Of a stretch of 64,000 nucleotides of DNA, positions 49,401 to 61,400 are shown piece after piece; positions within the stretch are counted from its first letter, which is position 1; every line of letters begins with the position of its first letter. The translations under genes and the position numbers were made by a program. The notes under the pieces were generated by a model. It was not told the DNA's origin. It did no database searches and was given only the letters and a program-made list of their open reading frames with translations. The stretch comes from Phoronis australis (lineage: Eukaryota > Animalia > Phoronida), in contig NMRA01000017.1 in NCBI GenBank assembly GCA_002633005.1, forward strand, positions 1,214,737-1,278,736. Direction: 5' to 3'.

Positions 49401-52400
49401 GCCAGTCACAGCTTATTGTTCCTGACCTGTGGTCCCCTGGTGAGGTCATCCAACAGAAAGTGACCTTCAAGGTTCCCAAAGGAACGACTCGAGGGATACA
49501 AATGAGGACAGGTGTGTGTTGCTGCGGACCACTGTTAACTTTGTAATGCTTTCAAAGAAAACTGATTTTGACCAGTACTGAAATGGAGTTTTTATTACGA
49601 TTTCTAAAACTGTTGATTTAAGATAAACAAAAAAAGGAAGTTGTCAGTCGGATTTTGATATCGCTCAAATATTACTGTACTCTAGACAATGTTTTGATCA
49701 GCAGATTTTGATGAGTCTGCAGTGTTTTATTTTTTCATTACTAATTTATATTAACTTTGTGCTAGAAAGCTGTTTTGCTTTTTGTCACATTTACAGTCAT
49801 GGTACCATCAGATAACAGATTAGTATACGTTCTTTATTAATTTTGCACATTTCACTGAGAATTTGTGTCTTACCAGATATCAACCTCTGAATGTAAGAGG
49901 AAAGACAGTCATAGTAGTTTAGACTGCACATGGACACTCACTTGTTAATCCATAGTTCAAGTGCTGTGTCTAGCTGATCATGAGCTTTGTAGTAACTATC
50001 TTCATTGCGCTCTGTCTGAATTTGAATACGTGAACAGGAGTGAATGTCATGTGACAGTTGAGAGATATAATGGAAAGCAGCAATTAACATTGATTAAGCT
50101 AGTCTTGTTATAAATCTTATTTCTGTTTTTCAGTGGCGTCTGGCAACAGTGCTACTGTAGATAAGCTGAAATGGGTGTCAAGTTCTGTATCAGCCCCTGG
50201 GTACATCACGTTCTCTGACCCCAGTTTGGTTAATGTGGGCGAGTCAAACATTCAACGCATTGTCTCTAGCAGACGCAAACGAACTACATCACAGACTGTT
50301 TCGATGACAAGGGTTGTGGGTGATTTGGTTAACCCAGGTGTGGGCGGAGTCAGTGACACGCCAATCACTATCACCGTGAGTTTGACTTGAGACTCTTCCA
50401 TGCAAAATTTTCACTGTGTTTGAATAGTAGAGACTTTGTTTAAGGAACAGAAAAAATCACAGTTGCACTGTCATTAAATTTGCAAATGAAGATTTTATTT
50501 TAAATGTACTTTGTGACTAATTGTGCTAGTAAGTGATGATGCTTAAGTAATAAGTGATCGTTTTTGTCACTCTCCCACATCTAAATTTGCATCTCTCTCA
50601 CGAGAACACCGGATACCCTGTCCACTATGCTCTCAAGCATCACAACTATCCGGTCAGTAACGCACTTGACTATATATTGTCGTGTATATGTTATACTTTG
50701 GGCCTGTGGCCAATATTTCAATCCAAAGATAATAATGACGGATGGTAATGGTAATGGACAAACATCATGTGTTTGTAAGAATTTATTACAGAGTTCATAG
50801 TTACAGTTACGACTTCATTCACTAGTCTTTCAAATTATATTTATTTCTTGACTTTTCATTGTAATATTTACCATTAACTAAAAAATATTGGCCCAGTCAT
50901 GACATAACGCCTGGCTTCATTGATTTGTAAATTTTCTTTTATTTCTATTCACATAGAACGACTATGTATTAGACCCATCAGTAGCAGTAGCATCGAACGA
51001 TGTCTTCCAACTGACTCAGAGCTCCCTGACTTTGAATGGACAAACTTCTACTGTTCTGTCCAACAATATGACTACAAAAACAGGTGCTCCTGATCTGGAA
51101 ATCACAAAGAATAGAAAAGTGAGTGTAGTTATGTTTTCATTTTCAGCCCTAGAATGTAGTGATGAATCAAAGGATGAACTTTCAGTTTCGTTTTTTTGTC
51201 AGAATAAATTGTTAGGCCTGGGATGGTGTCTGTAGCACAGTGCATAGATCTCCAGTGCATAAAATGGTTGGTACAAATGGTCTGATTCCTCTCTCAGGAC
51301 GACTGAAAACATAAAAATGTAGATTGTGAGATAACTGTTCTGTCTGGAGAGATAATTGGTTGGAATTGTTTGAGTCAATGCTATCACACAACATGTTGAG
51401 CTCTTAATTTGAAATACACGTTGCAAGGTGATCAGTTGGTTACCTTGGTTCCATACTCTCTCAGTGTATACAACAGTAAACGTATTGTCCTATTCTGCAG
51501 TCGACGGAACTATGATCAAGAGTGGAAGAAGCCTGTTACATATTAATTATTATTTATAGAGTTGTTGGAAAACAATGCTTATATTATTTCCTTTGTTGTG
51601 AAAACTATGTAGTTGACACATTTCTGGAAACTCATTGTTGTTATATTTCTCCCGAAATTACTGAGCCGCAACATTGTGAGAAAAAACAATGAGTTTCCAG
51701 AATTGGTTTGATTACCAACTGAAGTACTGTACTTGGATGAAGGATATTATTCATGGGCATATTCTTTATGAATAAATTCATTGCTTCTCAAATTCATTGC
51801 TTCTCCTAAGAAGTGCATTGTCTTAGAGTACCAGATCATCAAATCTTTTTCAAACCTTCCAGGTTTGGAACAGCTCCCCTATACCACAGACGACCCACTT
51901 CACTGTGACAGTGAAACACACCAACATCTCGACAGCTCCTGCCTATGACGTAGACCTGGTTGACCTGATTCCGTACCACAGCATTGACTATACTAATGAA
52001 GTGCTGCCAGTTGCTGAGGTCACACCAGGCTTTTCATTTAGCGAAGTGAACTCTGCCTTCCTGTGGAGAGTACAAAAACTAAATTGTAAGAGTCATTAAT
52101 TGTACTTCAATATTTACTTTGAAAATACTGTTGCTGATTGGCTTGAAATTAACATGATGAGGAAACACAGATGTCAGGTCATCGGGAATGAAATGATTGT
52201 AAAAACCGCAAATCCTGTTCTTGTTGATTTTAGACATTGACCACATAGTTGGTTCCGGAATTGTTGCTAGTAGATGTTATAAAGTCAAGTGATTTCTAAG
52301 CTATGCAATAACTGGCAAAAAATAATGCACTGCTTTGATACCTACATTTATTTTGTGAAAGCAATAATGGGAGGTTGGTTCCTATCCCTAACACTTGGTA

Positions 52401-55400
52401 TAGAAAGTGTAACATGAACCCACGTATTTTGCTATTCTAAAAAGAAAATGAGGTCACGTAGAATGTTTAATCCACTTAAGTTTTTGGAAGTAGGGGTTGC
52501 TAGCTGTTACTGTCTGAAAAACTATTTTTTCCACACTTGATATCATGCTATGAACATTCCCACTAAGTAAGATTGGTCCTAACCCCAGTGGTTAAGGTAA
52601 ACGGTGGGGTATGGAAAATTGAACTAGACCGTATTTATCCACCTTGGCTGAGTCGCGCTCGGCTCACGATCAAAGGGATGCCGCCAAGCTACTCTAGTCA
52701 TGGAGTCACGAGCGAGGATAATTGGCTTCGCTCATGCGGATATGATCAGCTGATTACAATCTAGCTTAAGAAATCTAATGTTAGTTTTACTTTTTCAGTA
52801 AATGAAACAATGGTACTAAGTTATGTGGCGGTGCCAAAGAATTCTGGTAAAGATTTGCCTGAGAACACCACTAACTACTTGTCCCAATTGGTGTACTACA
52901 GTGCAGACATTGACACACCAGCAGTAAGTCATAGAATGAATGTGAACAATGATGTTGCCTTTGTCTTTGACCTTGACCTTGTCCTTGGTTACTTTCATTT
53001 GAAACCCTATGTTTTGGATTTTTAGACAAAATTTATCAGACATACTTATTTGAAACGATTTTTTCTGGTGGACACCGGAAGATTATTTTCCGTAGTTTTT
53101 ATAGTGATATGTAGAAAAGCAGTATGTGGTTATGCAATTATTAAATTGTTATGAATACTAATTTTTAGTGTAGAGGGTCAAGTGTCAATGTTTTAAATCT
53201 GTATGTGTGTGCTTACATAGCTTTTCATTACACACTCTGTGAGTATGACTTGCATCACATATGACACTTTCAGGCTGGATACAAGCCACTGAAGTATGGG
53301 CCAGACGTTGTGGGCTCCTGTCTAACGAGGAAGGATGTGACCAAAAGTAATGTAAGTGTAGTCATGGCAATATATTGTGTTTTGCTTTTCATCAGTAAGC
53401 CTTATTCAGGAAAGAGATAATACGAACTGGAGATAGATCAAAGAGAGTTGTACAAAAATTGAAAATTCCCTGGTTGTTTCTGCCGATGTGATTTCTTTGG
53501 TGTTTTGAGCTACCCCTTTACTGGAAAGAAATTCATTTTACATGGAACTAACTTCCCAAAGTCAAAGAGACATAGAAGAGCTTTTCTGGAGGAGAACTGT
53601 TACACATCATCACTTTCTAATACACTGACCAATTGGCTTTTGTCATCATTTTAATTTTTTCTTCCTTGGAGGAAGAGCTCGTTTGGGTTTGGGGTTGGCG
53701 GTTGGTGTTAGATACATGTTGAATGGATATTTTCACATTCGGAGCCGTTTTGCGATTTTGCTTTTCGGCATTGACTCACAAACTATTGTTATTGTTATTG
53801 TTATGTATCGATAATGTACTAAGTTCTTGACTTTTTGTATTAGTAATATGTTTCCCCTTTTACTTAATATGTTCATATTTCTTTATTTTCTTTATTCTAT
53901 TCTTGATTTACTTTTTATTTGAGTGAACTATGCAAATAAGTTATTGTTGGCAGTACAACTGTATGCCATGCTTCTGTTTCTAACTATAACATTTACCTTG
54001 CCATTTCAGGTGGTTTTTGATCATGGTTTCACGGCTCTCTCCTTCTTTGCGGCGGCCATTATAGCTATCCTTGTGGTGGTCCTGATCATGTGCCTCTATA
54101 TGCGCTACACTGAAGGTTCATTCCTAAATCAAGTGAAACCGGCCTCACAGGTGAATCTGCGACATGTAAGTGATCATCGCATCCCAGTGAACAATATCTA
54201 GGAAACTGCAGTCTCGTTAATGTAAATTTGTTTCAGGATTTTTAGTGTTTTGTTTTAAAATAACTTAAGTTGTGGAATGAAAAGTATTTGACAGGAAAGC
54301 TATTAAGGGAAGCACCAAAACGGACGGTTTTGTTCGTGATCAATAAATTTTCTATAATTTCTGTCTTAGGCTTTATGTTGATTTTGTTTATATGACTCTT
54401 GAGTACTGGGTGCTAAGTAATAGGCGAATCAAGTGCCAGCTACTGAAGGAAGATAGTCCTGTTATTGAGCATCTGAATAGACATAACAGAAGGTAGTTAC
54501 GAGCATGGGACTCAAATTGTTTTGTAATGGACAAAAAACAAAAATGTTTACTTACTGGTGTCACTTACAACTATTTGGCTATAGGAAGCGTAAATTTGCC
54601 TGCTTCTTTATAGCGTAACCTGATTCTGGATGGTGGCGAGGCGGCCAAGAAAAAGGGATGGAATACTGTGAGAGACTTTGAGTGAGTGCGGTGTACATTT
54701 GGGTTATAGCTTAAATAATGGAATAAGTGCTGATACAAAATCTTGTCTTAGCATTGCCTTAAATCCCTAAAGTACGCAATTTCGATGTCAAAGCGCTCTT
54801 CCCTGGATGCATATTTGCGATTCCAATACAATGTTATCTCCTTCGTATTCTTTGTTAAAGCTGTCAATGGTAATAAGTTCAGATAAATCCTATATGTCTC
54901 TTCAGTGTCTCCCACTGAGCCATTCCTGGTAATTTTATTGTGCTTTCTGTCGGGTATATTTCATGTTGGAGTATTATCTTGGCAGGACCATATCCTGGTA
55001 ATTTTATTTTACTGACTGTCAGGTATATTTCATCTTGGAGTATTATCTTGGCAGGACCATATCCTGGTAATTTTATTGTACTGACTGTCATGTATATTTC
55101 ATGTTGGAGTATTATCTTGGCAGGACCATATCCTGGTAATTTTATTGTACTGACTGTCAGGTATATTTCATGTTGGAGTATTATCTTGGCAGGACCATAT
55201 CGGTTGATGAAAGCATTGTCTGCATTCTGTCATCTAATGACAAAGTTCAAACTCAGAGAGACTTAGACAGGTAGGTTCATCACTGTGTGTCTAACTGTCA
55301 CACAATCTGAGTCAGTTTTTCTTCACTTCTTTGTTTCTTTACTTGTTCCATGGCCTAGAGTATGGCTTTTGTAATTGAGTGATCCGATTATTGGTTAGTA

Positions 55401-58400
55401 ATGTTATGTGGGTGTGTTGAATATTTTAAAATATAAAACTGATGTTAAAGGAGATGAAAATGCATGCTCCAACATAGAAAGCATTTAATTATGAATCCTT
55501 CACAGTTTCCTTATGGTGCGAGTTTTATTAACAACTTCGAAGGAAGCAAGACTGCTGGCCAGAAGCAAGCTTTCACTATAACTCTGATATGACTTTGTTT
55601 AGTGTTACCGACCTTTTGAAATCAGAAATCATGAGGTTCTAGTCATGCCTTCTTGCAAGACTGCTCAGCACCTGTTATTGGAAGTGTGTCTGTAAGTCAA
55701 GATTGTGTTCTAGTAAAAGGACTTTTTGTTTGTTTTCAAACTGGGATAATTTAGGTGCACTAGATGTGTTTCCAAGAAAGGGTATCTTGCTAAAAAATCT
55801 GGGGAATTTGACACGTTTTCATTATTAAGGAAATGGCTAGAAATGGCCAGATATCACTTACATCCTGTATAAATCCGGAATGTTGGCAATTACGTGTTGT
55901 ACAGAGTGGCTTTACAGAAAGAAAATGCATACACCGCATGATTTTGCTGCTTCACTAGGTTAGACATCCTCAACACGATTAAAGTTGACACAGAGATTGA
56001 GAATGAGCGAAATCATGCTGCCGTTGATACCACAGCTGGTCTAGTCACGTGTCTCAGCCATAACAAGGACATCACAGAGAAAGTGAAGGTTACGACTACG
56101 AATAAACTTCATGTCGACGTGAAGGCGATTGAGAAGAGACTCGAAGTTGAATTCAAGTTGATGTTAGAGGAAGTCTATAAAGGGCTGAGTTTCAAAAACA
56201 AGGTGTGTGGTTTGTTAGTGTCATTCTGACCGTCTGTATGCTGGTGTTCTGATTGTAGCATGACAAAACCGTCATCAATCTTGGATGTATTGAGTTTCCA
56301 AGTAATAATTTGAAAACTGTTCTTCTCTAGTCACGATCTGTCTTTTGGTAATCAGAGCTATATCAAATGAATGATGAGTGTGTAATTGTCACATCAAGTG
56401 ATTTACTAATATTATCAAGCTTGGCCCGAGTCTGCTAATTTGATTTCACAAATGACCTATGAGGACTCATATGATAGTAAAGGGGGATAATATTGATTCT
56501 GAAATGGCTATTACATAGGTCAATAGCTAATTATGTTAAAGAGATGACAATCTAGTTTTGTTTTGAAAGTGTTATAATTTATCACTTTCAAAATTCCTAA
56601 ACATGATGTACAGATACTTGAAATATATGCTTTAAATTGTTCTCTCATTTATTGTGCTCCTAACTGATCAGATTTGAAACAGTGTAGTCATTACTGATGT
56701 CTAATAGTGGGATTTTATTGTTTATAGGCAAGGCTGAAAGAACTGAATGACAAGCAAAATAAGGAAAAGCAAAATCTTAGAAATAAGACTGAAGGAATGT
56801 CTACAAAGGTGGGTGACCTTCGTATTTCACTAGACCTGCTGTCTTAAATCAAACATGATAGTTTGTGACTAATCAGTCAAGACTGGAGAGGTCATCAGTA
56901 AGTGAGCAAAAAGACAAGTGAGTACAGACAGACATGCGCAAATACAATAAATGAAAGATGAAAATGGAAATACTACGGGAGGAAGTGGAAATAAGATCAA
57001 GTTACTCATGTGCCCCACGATCCAGTTGAGACTGTTGTTTGGTGTAAAATTTTAAACTGAAATAAGGAAATCTCATTGAAGACTCAAAAGCTAGTGATTT
57101 TATCTGTTTTAAACTGCTGGAGGGTAAACCTGCATTTTATACCTTATCCTAACTTTGAATAAACAGCTAGTAGTGTTTTTGACTAGCTTGGGTTGTGTTC
57201 TCTCCAACTGGTGAAACCACTTCATGTATACTACAGGTAGACTTTGATTTGTCTGTTAGATAGAACACAATTCAAGCTGGTCAAAAACACTGCTAGTCAT
57301 TTATTCAATACTTTTTCTAATGTCTAAAAGAAAATCTGCAATCGCCTTGTACTAATTGTTTTATCTTTATGGTAGTTTGGTAATAATGATTCATGAGGTT
57401 TTGCTCGGTTGTGACTTCAGACGTGACTAATATACAGTAACATGACTTTTTTAATTCTGCACTATATTTTAAGGCTACTGAATTGACAGTGAAATTTGCA
57501 AGTTAATATTTGCAAAAACTTACTTTCCTCTACGTTTCCGTGTATTGACGTGTGTGAAACTTTTTTTCAGGAGAAAACTGAAATCACAAAGTTACTGAAG
57601 GAGCAGCACCAGACAGAGCAAGATGAGTTGACTTACTTGTTGAAACTGGAGCAAGATGAGGAGTCTGAAAAATTGCGCAGAGTAAGTGCATGCTATGGAT
57701 CTTTATATTGATTCGGTAACGTGGCAGAGTGTACTGTATAAAAGTTAATGAACTACAAAATGCTTCAATCCAATTTTTGCTTCTTGAAGGAACATTATCG
57801 GCAAGAAAAGTAATGTTTACTGAAATTAGCAGTAGCACGTAATCGAGTCTACTAATTGCACTGTAGCAGCGACATATTCTACTGCTGAGCCAAATCCCAT
57901 GGGTTAAATAAATGAATGTTAAAGACACTGGCCATGATTTCAGAAAATGTCTGGCAAACAATGGTAGGAACTGGCTATTTGTAATAAAGTCACAAAAACA
58001 GCGAATTTTGTTATTGTATAGCTCTGGTCAAAGCTAATATCTTCAAGAAGTATGTCCCAGCTACAGTAATCGCAAAGCATTTTATGTCCTGTTCAACAAT
58101 ATTCCCAAGATTGTGTTTTTTGTTGCAAAAACTGTGTGAATGTCCCTCTAATATAAAATGTCTAGCAATTGTTTAACTTAATAATTAATATAGCTGTAAC
58201 ATTTGCTTCTTTTTGTGTTACATTTGATCATTTTTATATTAAAGAAAATCACAATTTTGTATGTTCTATTTGCAGGAGTTTGCCATCAAGAAAAGAACCC
58301 AGTTGCAGCAGGCACAGAAAGATTACCTTAACAGTGTTATAGAACAGGGCAAACTGGGTCAACAGCAAGCTGATTGGTTACTGAAGGAACACAGAAACAA

Positions 58401-61400
58401 CCAATCGCGACTGGAAAAGATTTATGATGATGAAATATCTCGACAGCGAATGGTACTGGAAGAGAAGTTAGCCCGAAGAAAGCAGCTTGCAGCAGCAAAT
58501 GTAAGTTTGACACTGAGGAAAATATGAAGATTAGGCTATATTTCAGTTAAAATCCCAACGATAAACTAACTTATAGAATGTGTGTGTAATCTAAGTTTTA
58601 GGTTTCTCAATTTTGTTTGGGGTTAAAATTACCTTCAGTTGTGTGTGTGTTGTGTTGCAATAATCAAAATGCATTTCACAAATGTTTGACTGTTTACTGT
58701 TCAAGTTAGTCTAGAAGTAACAATTTCATCAGTTATACTGAAATGTGTTGTTCAGTTAGTTTCAAGTAATCCAGTCATGACTTTGTTGCAGGAAAGCCAA
58801 GAGGATGATGAAGGGGAGCTACTCAACACTTTGGCTGGACATCAGATTCAGATTGTTAACAAAATGAAACAGTGAGTACACTGCCTCATCTAGATCTATC
58901 TGTTAAATTGTTTTAATCAAAGATGAATGAATTCTATTGGGGTGTACTGATTAATAATCTAAAGGGGTGTTTCTGGGACGCATTCCATATTCACAAGATG
59001 CTCGCGGGTAAAGGTAGTTTGATCACCTGCTTTGCTTGTAATGCATTTGATAACTGGTAAAGAATATTGTAATCTTCCTTTTCTCACAAGAAACGTGCTG
59101 TATGAACTGCAGCCCTGGTCTTTATTGTGGACATGAAAAAGTTAAGGCAAACAATGGTGGTGGTGGGCAAAATAATAGAAACCTCCACCAAATAAAATTA
59201 GTAGTATCTGTGACAAAGGCGGTGTTGTTTTTGTAGATTCTGCAATGGTATAATGATTTAATTGCATTCGTAACATGCCTTGACACTGTTCCTGAAATTG
59301 AAAGCTGATGATAATAGTAATTTGATACCAATTTACAGAATCTAAACTGCAAATTGTAAATATTGTTGCAAAACCATATAAAATGTCAGAATCTATGATA
59401 GAAAAGTAATTGTATTGCACTCCTGTACTGATCCATGTGGGCATTATCAATCAAAGACTGTCTAATCACAGTAAGGCCTGCTATAATTCCAAATTTAGCC
59501 ACTTACTAAGTGTAATCTTGAGTGATTTCCCAATTCTCTTAATTAGCCTATTTCGTGGTTTTATGCTTGGATCTTAAGTGTGCAGAAAATGCAGCTTTGA
59601 ATATATGAGAGCCTTGTGTCTTTCACCGTGTTACTTTTGTACAGACGAAATGTTCTCGATCAAGAAGAGGCTGATGTTTACATCGAAAGAATCAAGCAAG
59701 AAATGCTGGAGGCAAAAGGTCGTCACGATGCAGAGAAGGCGCGACAAGCCATGGAGCTGCACAAACGGCTGAGTGAGAAGAAAAAGGCCCGACTGGAGGC
59801 TAAGAAGAAAGAACAGCAACAAGAACTGGATGAATTAATGACAAAGCAGCAGGAACAGCAGACGAGTCAAGTTGTGGGTGAGTGCATTAATTTGGCTAAG
59901 TGTATGATGGGATTGACAGTATATGACATGTACAAAAACATGCGTGCACACTCTTGAGGGCAGGTATAAGGGAAGACTAGAATTAAAGCTGCGAAGTGGG
60001 AAATGGAGCTCTGTCAGTACCCGTCGTAGTTCTGTTAAGTGATGATATTATTTAAAGCTTCAGTAATACTTTGGAACACCTCGTTTCACGCGATGGCAGG
60101 TGTTTTGATTATTTTAAATTAATTTTGATTCTGTCAAAAAAAAAACTCGAGTTGTGCAATAAGGCAAATTAACTCTTTCTACTCTTAAGCTGTGAAGGTT
60201 ATTTTTTTTGGCATAATGAACTGCTTCATTCTTTTCGTTTTTAAGTCGTCCATTTTTGAACCGCAGATACAGCACCCAATTGTGTTAAGTTCAACTTATT
60301 TGTAGCCACACATGTACTGCAGATAAGGGAGTCCAAGTAGAGTTGCATTGCTTTGTTTCTGGGGAAAAAGAACTTGTTTATAAGCATTACAGTCCATTTA
60401 ACTGTTACATTTTCAGATCCAATCTCACTACTGGAGTCCAAGATGTGTGTGGTATCACAGCAAAGAAATGAGCTGAGTCAACTGGAGAACGAGATTGACA
60501 AAGAGCACGCTGTGGAGTTGGAGAGACTGATCGACGACTTGACAGTGCAGACGAAGAAAGAGATTGAGCAGTCAGCTCAGAAACTTGTTGGACAACTCAA
60601 AAATGAAGGTAAAGTTGTTATCTTTATCAAGTAAGTCTTGAAAGGAGGCTGTGGTATTTTTCTGTGAGTGAACACTTAAACTCCACTGTCAGGGATTGTG
60701 GTGAAATGTTCAGAATTGGTTGGAAGGGGCTTAAAGATCAGCATCAGCTATAATTATATTGCTAAGCTTTGGAGTGAAAAATCGTAATCTTACTAAAAAG
60801 TAAAAAAAAACAATAGATGTGATAACTGTATGTTTGTTTAAACATGATAATAATATGTAATGTTGAGAGTAATGCATATGAACTGTAATACATTGGCAGT
60901 GGTCTGCACTTGCTGAATAGTTGAGTGTCGATGATTTGTTCAAATTACATTTTAGAAATGTGACATGAATTGATGTCTTGCATAGAAGTAAATTATTTTT
61001 AGTCTATTTATTTATTTCTCTGCTGGTATATTTGCAAGACATTTAGGATATAGCTACATGCAATATAGCAAACCCAATATAGTGGGCTAACGCATACATT
61101 TAACTGGATTGCTGGACAAAACGTGTAATAGTTGTTTCCACACTCTAGTTGAATTGTACATAATTGTTATTTGTTAAATGAAGAATATAAATCGGTAAAT
61201 AAAACAACAAGAATGGATCAACNAATTTTTTACGCAAAAATGTATCATTTTCATTACACCATATCTTATATGTCAATTGTCATTTCGTGTTTGATTTTAC
61301 TTTATTTCTGTTTTTGTTGATAAAGGAAGTTGTTACCTCCGAAAATTTCAAATTTCAGTTGATCCATTCTTGTTGTTTTATTTACCGATTTATATTCTTC

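Noticed and set aside
54879-55266. Repetitive ORFs (YISCWSIILAGPYPGNF / KLPGYGPAKIILQ) and a possible CRISPR-like array
   Set aside because: These are by-products of a 69-bp tandem repeat whose length is a multiple of 3. There are no unique spacers or cas genes, the context is a eukaryotic intron, and the real exon is in another frame from 55193.
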